A DNA stretch of 61,296 nt, filler included. It is 10 parts of 10 records of this genome, joined end to end, with 100 filler letters (N's around TTAATTAATTAA, not from the genome) between each part and the next. Parts side by side here need not be neighbours in the genome. Positions count along the whole stretch, not along the records: positions 1 to 5,375 come from SRR15195285_549; positions 5,476 to 10,274 come from SRR15195285_552; 8 more parts are not named here. One strand, given 5' to 3'. Within the stretch, counting starts at the first letter, position 1, and every line of letters starts with the position of its first letter. The notes below the pieces were generated by a model, which worked only from the letters and a program-made list of their open reading frames with translations, searched no databases and was not told where the DNA came from. Shown here one piece after another: positions 1 through 10,374 of this stretch. The translations under genes and the position numbers were made by a program.

Positions 1-510
1 TTTCCACTGAGGCGCAAGCGCAAATTCGACTCTACAGTACACACTCAGACGGATCCCGGTACCGATTTCACATGTGTGACGAGAGAATCTCCTCGACGAC
101 GCTTGTCCTCGATCTTCGAGGAGCATCTGCCATCTCCTAAACTCCTCATGCGCATGGTCATGCGCGGCATGCTTCGAAACGAAATACGCGAGGAGTTCTG
201 GCGGATTTCATGTGCAATCAGTTCACATCTGGGTGATTTGAGTCTGATCTCAGCCAAATAAGTGCATCATTCATATCATTGGCAGGGCGTCTTCTGGAAA
301 ACCCAGATGCGATGAGAAATCTACAATCTCGCATTCAATCGCAGATCAGTCTTGGAAGTTTACACCTTTACGCAGAATGCACTAGAAATCAGTACGAGTC
401 TTCAAGCCACCGGTCTGTTCACTGTTGGTGCCATTTTGCGCTGAGGATCTGAACTGCATCGAACCGTGGTCATCAGGACACAGCTCATCAGGGCACAGCA
501 GAACAGGCTC

Positions 511-598
511 GTGCACGAGGAAGCGCTGCTCAGCTGTCTGCACGTGCACAGCTTGCGCACGAGGAAGCGCTGCTCGGCTGTCTGCACGTGCACAGCTT
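511..598. repeat. 44-bp direct tandem duplication upstream of a small gene
   Basis: gtgcacgaggaagcgctgctcagctgtctgcacgtgcacagctt is followed by a near-identical copy with 2 mismatches. Confidence 0.85.
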
Positions 599-645
599 GT
601 GCACAGCTCGTGTGCACAGCTTCTGTGGCGGTGGGCGGGACGGAG

Positions 646-1357
646 ATGGCTGCTGCCGAAATCGACCTTGAGGGCATGGAGGAGGAGGAGTATCAGCCGA
701 AGCTGTGCTGCGGCTCCGAGACCTGCCCTCCGGGCTACGAGGAGGGCTCGCCATGCCGCAAGCGCTGGAATTGGGGCGTCGCAATGGGGTTCGGGCCAGT
801 ATGGATCATGTATGTGGTGTGGATCATCAACGACACCTTTCTAGCCTCAATGGTCGCGGTAAGGGATAAGATGGCTTCGTATCCGCCTCTGTGGCATTCA
901 CCCCTGTGGCATTCACCTCTGTGGCATTCGCCTCTGTAGTATTCGCCTCTGTGGCGTTTGCCTCTGTGGCATTCGCCTCTGTGGCATTCGCCTCTGTGAC
1001 GTCGCTCCGCCACGCATGGTCTGCTGGTGCCCATGCAGATTGTCGTCGCAGTGGTGCTCACAACAGTAGTCTGCATTCTAAAGAAGCGCAAAGAGGACAT
1101 CGAGATTCGCAAGAAGGAACAGAAGGAAAAGAGGGACAAGTTAAAGGCCGAACAGGCGAAAATTAAACGCGATGCGGACGAAAAGGTCCGAGCACCAAGC
1201 CACCCCAGTGCGGCCACGGTTCGATGCAGTTTCTGCATGCATCGGCGTGACTCACGCTGATCGGTTGACGTGTGCACAGGCTCGTATGGACTTCCTCGCG
1301 AACAAAGAGAAGGAGAGGCTGGCAAAGCTCGCAGCGGCAGAAGCCGCGAATCCGTGA
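646..1357 (+). CDS. Small hypothetical membrane protein (~145 aa) with a hydrophobic hairpin and a charged coiled-coil tail; 3 exons (646-858, 1039-1185, 1280-1357)
   Basis: Three ORF fragments join in phase 0 through GT..AG introns (gtaagg..gcag, gtccga..acag). The product reads MAAAEIDLEG...WIMYVVWII...IVVAVVLTTVVCIL-KKRKE...AAAEAANP*. Confidence 0.6.
886..998. repeat. Intronic 15-bp minisatellite (CCTCTGTGGCATTCG), ~7.5 copies
   Basis: Contiguous tandem units with no spacers, lying inside the predicted intron 859-1038. Confidence 0.9.
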
Positions 1358-1830
1358 TCAGTAAACGCTTCTTCGCGCAGTGACGGCTCGTCACGCATCT
1401 CTCTCTCACTGACGAAGAGACCCGTCAGTATCAGTGTGCCCGCCCAGCTGACATGTCCGCAGGTCAGGTCGACCGACGCACTGAGCAACAACGCAAGTCA
1501 TGCTAGTCATCCATTTAATTTAACGACCCGCCGACCTTTGCTGCGACTCCTGCCGCTGGCCCTCCAAAGAATTTGGCGTGCAGTAGAGCGAACGCATACG
1601 CCATTGGTTGCTTCGGAACCCGCCGGAGCAGCGTCGCAGCAGCGTTGTGCACTCTCAGCCGCGCAAGTACGTAGAACACCAGGATCGTCGCCACCACCTG
1701 TCCACGGTACCTGACCATCACAGCGCAGAACAGCAGTGTCAGGCTGTTGGCATATCTGGCGTCTGGCGTTTGGTGGGTGGGTGGAAGAGAGGATGGTCGA
1801 ATGGTAGCAAGCGATGTCGCTGCTGCTGGC

Positions 1831-4800
1831 TCACTTCCAGAGCCAGGATGTAGAGAAGAGTGTGGCCACCAGTCCTTTCTTTTTGTTTCTGCCCTGCTCT
1901 TCGAACATCACGTCCTCGATCGTGGGTATTTCCTTTAGATCAGCATGCTTCATCTCCTTGTCAACCTGGGGTCACGCGCCAAGAAACAGCAGGAGAGACG
2001 TGAGAGTTGTTCGTATACGAGGATTCAAGGGGACCAGACAAGGTTCAGACCAGCGCCTGTAGCCTGTCAGATTGATGTGTAAAGCGTGCGTACCTGGACG
2101 GAGAGATTGATAGAGCCCCGCAAGTCCTCGAGTGCTTGCGCCCACTTTTTCAACTCCTCCTCTTTTCCTTCGGCGACAGTGATCTTGCCACCCGCATCAG
2201 TAACCAAGAACCCCTCACCGCGCTTCCCTAGGCACTTGAGCGCGTTGTTGACCATGTCTGCGGAGTAACATGGAGCATGCAGCAGGCCACGGCTACTGCC
2301 ACTAAGCTTAAAGAACGCCGCTATCAGATCCCGCGCCTTTATGCCACCATTGGCCGTCAACTTCTCTAGCTGCGTCGCAAGGAACCAGTAACACTCGATA
2401 AATGGCGCGAGCATCACCGTGAGCAGCAGCATGCTGCGAGCGGATGCCACCTTGATCGCATCGCCACCGTCCTCGGCTGCTGACTCTATCACCCCGTTCT
2501 TCTGCAGTGCGGCCACCACTGCGTCGTCGGTGGTGTCCAGGCCAACAAACTCGTGGCGAAAAGCTTGTCGAAGAACCTCCATTCGCTCGGCGAACAGACT
2601 GTCCGATGGGCTGACACCCTTCTCCACGGCAGCAGTCTCACCAAATGAGCTCACAACAGTGGCGCCGAAAGCTTCCGCTATGAACAGGTGCGACAGTGTG
2701 TTCCGGTAGTATGCCAGCATCAGTGCGGAAGTGCGATCGACCGGAGGCTCAGGGCCATTCACTTGCGTGCTGCCCTCCTTGCGCACACACAGAATCTGCT
2801 TCTCCTGGCTCCAGCTGACGTGATCACCCAGAAGATTTACACCTTTCCTCGCAGCCTCTGCGCTGCATAGCCTTGAGTGTATAAGCCGTCCGCCGCGCTG
2901 GCTCACCTGCTCAGTCAGCCATTCCACTTGGTGTGTGATCCTACCCCAGCCGAGGCCGCTTGGGGATTCCAACAGAAGCGTCGACACCATTGCCGTTGGT
3001 GAAATTTCCATCTCTTCGTGCAGGCGCCGGACCACGTCAAGTGCTATGTGGCGGTCGAGCGCCTTGCGGTCATCTTCAACGCTGCTCGGATCAAAACTAT
3101 CGTCGGCTTGTTTTGCTTTCATGTCAGCAATCGACTGCTGCAACGAGACGGCCTCGCCGAAACACACCTTCACAGACCCAAAGTTCTGCTGCAGACTTTT
3201 CAGCCCGCCAGACACTGCCCCACCGAACGACTCCAGCTTCTTAGGGTTGCCCTTGAGTTCGTGGACGATCTTGTCAATCTCAAGCACCTTCTCGTAGTTG
3301 ATGGTGACAGGCACAATATATGCGTCCGGAATCTGACGCTGCAGCACGGTCTGCGTCACCATTCCCAACATCCCATATTTCGGCGTCAGAGTCTTGCCAG
3401 AGCGCGAGCGCGTGCCTTCGAGGAAGAATTCGAGCATCGGGGCTGAGCGGACAATACTGGCGACGTATGTTTCCAGCAGTGCTCGGTAGGTTGTGTCCTT
3501 AGCGTTCTTGTCCGCAATCGCTTCACGAGAAGTGCCGGGGGCGCCGGTCCTCTTAATGAAGAATGCGCCAGCACCACGGAACAGCGTGGTGATGGGGCCC
3601 ATCTTCAGGAATACTTCGGCCGCACAGATGTGCGGAGCCGGGAGTTTGTTGGCGAACGTGATGTACGAGATGATGAGAAAGTCAATATACGAACGGTGGG
3701 TTGGCAGAAAGATCACCGGCCCCTTCACGACCGCCTCGCGCACCTTCTCCACACCACGTGTGTCGACCAGAATTTCGTCGTAGATCTTGCGGTAAATCTT
3801 CGGAAACACGTAGGCAAAGAGTCGAATGGTCGACATCGTCTGCTTTGCGCGCATCGCCTTGAACTCGGACTTCACCTGGCCTTCGAACTTTGCAACAGAC
3901 TGCCCCGTGCTACTGCTCGCATCCTGGATGGCAGCCTGAATAGGGGGCGACGAAATGATGCTGTCGGCCGTGGGGTCAAGGTCGAACCTAGGCGTGACAA
4001 GGCGTCCAGGACCACCGGCCAACGCAAACTGCATATCGGCGCCGAAGTGCACCGGGACGCTGAGCGTGTGCTTCATTTCCCATGGCGGCACCTGCTCCTT
4101 AAGGATGAAGCGTTGCAAACCGTAGCAGAAGTCGTACATATACTTCTCCCAGTCCACTTGTTCTACTTCGATAACGAAGTTGTCCCTATCCTCGGGGGTC
4201 ATCAGCGGGATCAGGCAGTCAAGCTGCGCACACTCGAATCGGAATTCGTTCGAGACGAACGGAGAAAATGCCTGTGTGAGCAGACGAAGGCGCTTCACTA
4301 AATACTGCGTTTTGGCAGCATTCTGCGTAATGGCCGGGAAGGATTCGTCTGGCTTCTTCCCAGCCAGTTTGCCCGTCGCGACCAAACCGACCAGCTGGCC
4401 AAAGCGTTGATACAGCAAGGCCGGCAGGCGGTAGTTGACGAAGAAAGCCATACGAAACGTCGACTCTGGCACAATGTAGGTAAACCGGTGGCCGACAGCC
4501 TTCTGAGCCATCCGGCCAGGAGTACCAAAGTACTTGTACGTAATTGTCCTAGCGTATCCCCATGTAATTGGGTTTCTAGTGCTGCTGCTCGAGTGATATA
4601 TGTGCAGCGTGTTGGGCTCACTTTTTAGGCGGAGTACAGCGGTGAGGATGACGTTGGTGACCATATCTACAGGGATCTGATCACCGACTGTTTCTGGGTA
4701 GCCCTGAAGGATCGAGAGGTGGCCCAAGCCCGACGCTAGGAACAGAGTAGCACCAGCACCGACTTTGTCGATCCAACCGGGCATCGGCTCTTTGAAGCTC

Positions 4801-5305
4801 GCTCCGACACACGTTGGGCGCACGATCGCGAGCGACATGTCGCCGCGATGCTTGTCCAGCAAAATTTCAGCCATTTGCTTCGAGAAAGTGTATGTGTTGG
4901 GCATGCCACAGAGAATCTGCGGCAAGATACTCTGGATGTGGTCTGAATCCGTTGCAAGAATCCACTCGTACAGTTTCTGTGGGTTGTCGTTGTACCACTG
5001 CTGGTAGATCTTTTCCTGGACCTGCCCAGATTCGCCGGGGTCGATCTCCTTGCGCTTGTTCGAATTGACGTACGCAGTAGAGACATGCACCATGCCCTGG
5101 AGCTTGGCGCAACTTTTAGCGAAGTCCAGGACATTCATGGCGCTGACGACATTGTCTGTGACGATCTTCTTCAGCGGCTCCATGAACTCTACGTTCGCTG
5201 CACAGTTGATCAGCCAGTCAGTTTCCTCGCGCAGCCTCTTGAGCTCGTCACCGCCAGCACCCAGATTTGGCTTCGACACGTCGCCAGCTATCACCTCCAT
5301 GACAG
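1831..5305 (-). CDS. Bifunctional fatty acyl-CoA reductase / GPAT-DHAPAT-family acyltransferase (FARAT type), 5'-truncated; exons 5305-2094 and 1965-1831
   Basis: FAR motifs VHVSTAYVN, PNTYTFSK (YxxxK), IVRP..EPMPGWID and PVDMV. Acyltransferase blocks THRSYIDF (HxxxxD), GAFFIKR, FFLEGTRSRSGK and VPVTINYEK. A phase-0 intron at 1966-2093 (gtacgc..cccag) adds a 44-aa last exon. The N-terminus is lost at the contig end. Confidence 0.92.
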
Positions 5306-5348
5306 CTGCGGGTAACGCGAGCGGATCGCTCGTCAAAACTCATTCGCA

Positions 5349-5375
5349 GCGGCGGCGGCGGCGGCGGCGGCGGCG
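5349..5375. repeat. (GCG)n microsatellite at the contig end
   Basis: A pure trinucleotide run directly abuts the N linker. Confidence 0.85.
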
Positions 5376-5475
5376 NNNNNNNNNNNNNNNNNNNNNNNNN
5401 NNNNNNNNNNNNNNNNNNNTTAATTAATTAANNNNNNNNNNNNNNNNNNNNNNNNNNNNNNNNNNNNNNNNNNNN
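5376..5475. other. Artificial contig linker (44N-TTAATTAATTAA-44N)
   Basis: The same 100-bp spacer, with stops in all six frames, occurs nine times in the window. Confidence 0.99.
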
Positions 5476-5668
5476 GCAAATGTTTTTTGCAGTTGGGATT
5501 TCCAAATAGAGTATATCCGCGGCTATATTAGAATATTCTTCACGTGAAGCTTCTTTGAACGCGTCGTGGCCCCAGCGAGCGAGCGCGAGCCTGCAGCTCC
5601 TCCGCCGTCGGTCCTACGCTGAGTCCATGGCCCTCGTTGCGCCAAGGAGGAGCAGGACGAGGACGAGG

Positions 5669-7917
5669 ATGCTGCTGCCGTGGCTAGCGTACTCTGCTGC
5701 CGTGGCGCTGATTGTGCCGGCGCAAGGGCACGATGAAGGCTCTGGCAGCACACCTCTGCCTGCGGACGGGCCCAGTGCGGCGCTGGACCAAATGCTGCAG
5801 GCGCTGATGCGGGACCCGAGCTTCGCTGCAGAACGCCACGCTGGGGTACTTGTGCTCGGCTGTCTGCAGGAGCCACGCGGCGTTGACTCGGAGATTTTTT
5901 TCCTGGCCGCGCGACGGCTGACCAAGGAGTTCGTTCTTAGACATACGTTCGACGCGGAGCTCTGCGCTGCTCGTGGCATCCCGCTCGGCAGCCTGGCGGC
6001 GCTGGTCGCGTCGGATCTGCACCGGCCCGAGGAGGACATATGCGAGAGCGGTGGCATCAAGAGGAAGTGTGAAGAGCCTCATGTCGCGCTTGACCTGCTG
6101 CAGACGGCCGTGATTCCGTTGCAGAAAAAGACGCCTGGGAAGATGGCGGACGAGGCCTACGCGTGGGCGCATCAGCACCGTGCGCCGCTCGTTGGAGTAG
6201 CCACGCCTGAAAACCTTGCCACCACCTACGCCTCGCGTCCCCTGGCGCTCCTCTTTGCCACAGTTGGTTTTGGTGGCGAGCGTGAGATTGAGGCCACACA
6301 TTTCTGGCACAAGAAGTTCGCGGTGATATCGCACTACTACGAGAACACGAACTGCACCTTCGCTATTGCCGACAAGGTCGCAATGGCAGACGAGGCGGCC
6401 AAGTTTGGACTGTCGCATCTAGACGTTGATGATATGAGAGAGGTTGGTCTCGGGATTATCGACGATCTGAAAGCGACTGCAACGCACCCGCCATCCTTCG
6501 CTGCGGAGGACTACGCCTGGTTAGTAGAAGACGGATCAGCAGGCTGGGAGCGGGCGCCCGGCACCCCGGAGCCCTCTGTGCCTATCACCTCACCTGCGAG
6601 ATTCAAGGCAGAGCTCGGTGAGGCGTGGGACGAGCGCAAGGTGCTGGAGTTTGTGCGAGGTTTCATTTCGGCCAAGCAGTTCCGCGAATCTTACGGTGGG
6701 TCATGCTGAAATGTCCCTGTCGCGCGCCACACGGTTGCATGACGTTGTAGCACGGCCACACGATCACCCATCAAAGAATGACTGATTTGACTGGATTTGG
6801 GTACAGGTACAAACCCGGACTCGGACATGCTGAGCGAGGAAAGCCTCTACCCTTCAATGTCTGAGAATTCCAAAAAGGGCGGCACGCAACTCATCTTGTC
6901 GCAGAAACGCTCTGCCGCGTACAAAAAACGCCTCAGGTGCGCTGCGCATAGTCGGACTTAATGATAGTGTTTCATTAATGTACTGGAGCTGTCGGTTGAT
7001 TGACCGGTGACTCTGATCAGAGTTGCTGCCTGCTTGCATTGGATCTTTCTGTTGACGTTGTTGCTGCTTCCATTGCTGATGCTTGGATTTAAGGCAGGCT
7101 GGCAAAAGAGCAAGGTCTGATGGACCTCGTTGGGTCGCTCGTGCCTGCCGCGTTGGCAGCTAAACGTGACTACAGCAACTTTGCTGCTGGTGAGACAATT
7201 CTAGCTGTCTCTGCGCCGGACGATTCTGCCGCGGGACACAGCTGTGGCGAGCGTTGTGCAAGGCTCAACCATGTGATGCGGGAATTAGCTGCGGGACTGA
7301 AGCAGCATGCGCCACAGCTGGTGGAAGAAAATAAGTTGCTACTGGCGGTGATGGACGGTGAGCATAGCATTTAATCTACGGTTGCTGATGATGAGGGTTG
7401 CGCACCTTGGGCTTGCATAGTGCTCATCTGTTCCCTTCTACCCATTGCTGACCGTAGACTTCGTCCGTTTGCGAAACTCGAGGCGTTGCAGGCAGCAGGA
7501 ACGCATTGCCTCCTGGAATACCAGACCCAGCAGCGAAGCTGGGGGCACCAGTTGACTTACGATATCCTGCTGTGTATATCACGCGTCGTGGCCATGAAGA
7601 TATCGACGAGGTAGTCGACCCCGAGTTCTTGTGAGTGCCAAGGCCTTTCCTTGAGTCAACTGCACCTTTCACTATGCAACGTGATTGTGTAGAGCTTGGG
7701 ACCTATCCGCAGAGTGCAGACTGACACAGTTGCTTCTTTATCGGGCGTGGTGTGCAATAGTCATCCGAATGTGACACTTGTGTCGCGGCTGCTGCCTGAA
7801 ACGACTGCGGGGCATTCATCGACTGGTGCCTGGTCACCGTGGCATCTACTGAAGTTTGTTGCGCAGCACGCCCCAGAGGTGGGCGTGACTGAGGAGCTGC
7901 TAGCGAAAGTGAAATGA
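5669..7917 (+). CDS. Protein disulfide isomerase-like protein (PDIA4/ERp72-like b-b'-a' layout) with an atypical active site; 5 exons (5669-6695, 6807-6936, 7098-7357, 7492-7630, 7761-7917)
   Basis: Signal peptide MLLPWLAYSAAVALIVPAQG. The segment PLVG...YASRPLALLF...ATHFWHKK...TFAIAD...KFGL resembles the ERp72 b' domain. The spliced C-terminal thioredoxin fold reads ILAVSAP..CGERC..LAVMDGSRN..YPAVYI..HLLKFVAQHA. All four introns are GT-AG with compatible phases. Confidence 0.72.
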
Positions 7918-8095
7918 TGCTCAGACGAAGGTTCGAGAGTAGAGGACTTTTCACAAAAGGGTGCGCATTGGGGGCGCTGCAGGCACTCGCGCCCATACAG
8001 AGACCGTGATTGTGTGAGTGATGGACCTTCTTCGACCAGTTGTTCATTCGTACCAACGGCGTTCGCTCTGACAGATTGATGTCAGAATGATGTCT

Positions 8096-9939
8096 TCATT
8101 GCTGCTTGCCATCGTCGACGCTTACTCCATGTCCTAGCAAGTCTCGCCCAAAACAAGCGCGTCCTCCACAGATGAGAACTAAAGTCGATACCGCTTGATA
8201 CATGCCGATGAGATACATCCTTTCGCCTCCTGCGCTCCCGAGAATGCGCCCACCGATAGTCGCTCCCACCCCGCGCGCAATTCCCCAGTGCACAGTGTTC
8301 ACCAGCTGCTGCATTGCCGAGGCGAAGCCGGGAGGAGCGACGCGTGTGGCGTGCGCCGTGAGCGCTGACCAATTTATCGCAAAGGTGATTCCGTGTAGCA
8401 GCTCTATCGGCAAAACGGCCCAGATTCCCCACGGCCCGAGTGCTGCAATCTTCTGCAGGTTCACGTACCTGCTCCACGTTTGGGTGAGGCCAAAATGCAT
8501 CATTGAAATGGAAATCGTTGGAACAAGTTCTGGCAGTGGGCAGAGAAGACCTACCACAGAAAGCGGACAACATATGCTACTTGTGCAAGCGCGAAGCTAC
8601 CGCTAACCCCAAGCGCCTTCAGAATTCGGCTGGACATTCGAAATGCCGGGAGCTCAGCCTAGACCACACAAGCCATACAAACAAAAAAGGTTTGTTAGTT
8701 GCGCAATACGAGCTAGGTGCAGCAACAACGTCTGATAACGCACCAAGCAAGTCAGCAGCCGCGCAGTACCCATCAACACGCCCTGTATGTGTGCACGACC
8801 GAATCAGGTCGAGCAGCATCATAATCATACTTTGATCAAAATGATGCCATGAGAACGCGACGAGTGCAGGGAGGAGCGGAAGAGATGCAACAGCGTATCA
8901 GGGGGCGATTCTCTTTGGATTCGGTCTGCTCACCGGTGCGCCGATATTACTCAGGTGGACATTGAAGAAGACATCGATCAGGGCGCTCTCCCAGCCACAT
9001 AGGAAAGTCACCACCACGACAAAGAGCATCTTTGGGCTCGTACACGTCTTCAGGAGCTCGCTTAGCTTTGGTCCAGCATCAGCGTTATCCTCCTTGCCAC
9101 TGCCACTAGATTCGTTTTTCTTCTTGGCATGGAGCATGCTGAAATCCAGACGACTAATGAGCGGCACAGACAGCACCTGGATCGCGGACGCGGCACCAAA
9201 AGAAGCCAGGTACGTCAGGCTCGGATTGACGATGGACATTAGCGCGCCACCGCCAAATGCTGCGAAGCCGAACGCAGCCGAACCGAGCAATCGAATCTCG
9301 CCGTAGCGATCCGGGCAGACCATCATCGTAGAGGCGTCGAACGTCGGCGAGTGGTGTGCCCCTGCCAGACTGTGGAGCGTATTCCAGATCAGCATGCCGA
9401 CGTATCCTTGGCCTGGAAGTACCATTGCGATTTGGGTCACAGCCTCTCCGAGTGTGGCTAGCAGCACCAGTGCCTTCTGTGCCTGCAACTTGTCGAAGAG
9501 CGCAGAGATGACCGGGTTGACGAGCGAGCAAATCACAGATCCCTGAAGGTGCGGCATATCAAACCACAAGGACCTTTCAGCGGAGCTGCTTGCGTTCTCA
9601 CTGCAGAGCACGCGCACGTGTTTCGTTTGGCAGCCAGCCTGAGCTGGAGCACGCGCGCACCAAAAAGAGAATCGAGCCGATCTGGTCCGGCGAGATCACT
9701 GTCGAGAGGTACCTGTCCCAGTGAACAAGAAGCTTTACCACCCAGCAGTCAAAACAGCAGAGGATGCCAATGCAAGACCGATCAGTCGCCGCGGCACGAG
9801 AAAAACTCAGCGCCGTCCAGTCTCCTTGAGTAGCACAGCTGAATGATTCTCACAGCGGGCGGAAGGTATTATAGAGGCCGATCCCGATGAAGTGCGCGAT
9901 CGTCACTGCCTTGCGCGTGCCGACTTGTGGATCAGCCAT
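8096..9939 (-). CDS. Major facilitator superfamily transporter (MFSD6 / MFS_1_like), multi-exon
   Basis: The spliced product reads MADPQ...RPLYLSTVISPDQIGSIL-GSVICSLVNP...YGEIRLLGS...AELPAF...VRFLWY...ELLHGITFA...GIARGVGATIGG. It has about 12 hydrophobic segments and MFSD6-type motifs. Confidence 0.85.
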
Positions 9940-10274
9940 ATCTACCAATGTTTCCTGGGGGAATGCGCTTGCCACCTACGGCCCACCGAACAGACGGAGG
10001 CCAGCTACTAGTAAGGCGTACCGCCAACGAGCTCGCGTGCAGCCGCGTACGTGCGCGCGCGCGCGCCGGCCCAATGGCCCGGCGCCGCCGCCGCGGGGGC
10101 ACCGCGCGCGCGTATCATATCCTAGAGAACGAAACCGCCACGCGGCGGCATCGCGGGATTGAATCCATGAATAGTGAATTATTGGGCGGTACATTATCAA
10201 TTTACAAATTAGCTACCTTCGGTATTCGAATACGTACGGTACGCGGGGGTGCAGCCGGGAAAAGAGGCCAGATT

Positions 10275-10374
10275 NNNNNNNNNNNNNNNNNNNNNNNNNN
10301 NNNNNNNNNNNNNNNNNNTTAATTAATTAANNNNNNNNNNNNNNNNNNNNNNNNNNNNNNNNNNNNNNNNNNNN
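10275..10374. other. Artificial contig linker
   Basis: 44N-TTAATTAATTAA-44N. Confidence 0.99.

Noticed and set aside
886-998. CRISPR-like array
   Set aside because: The units are contiguous 15-mers with no unique spacers, lie in a eukaryotic intron, and no cas genes are present.
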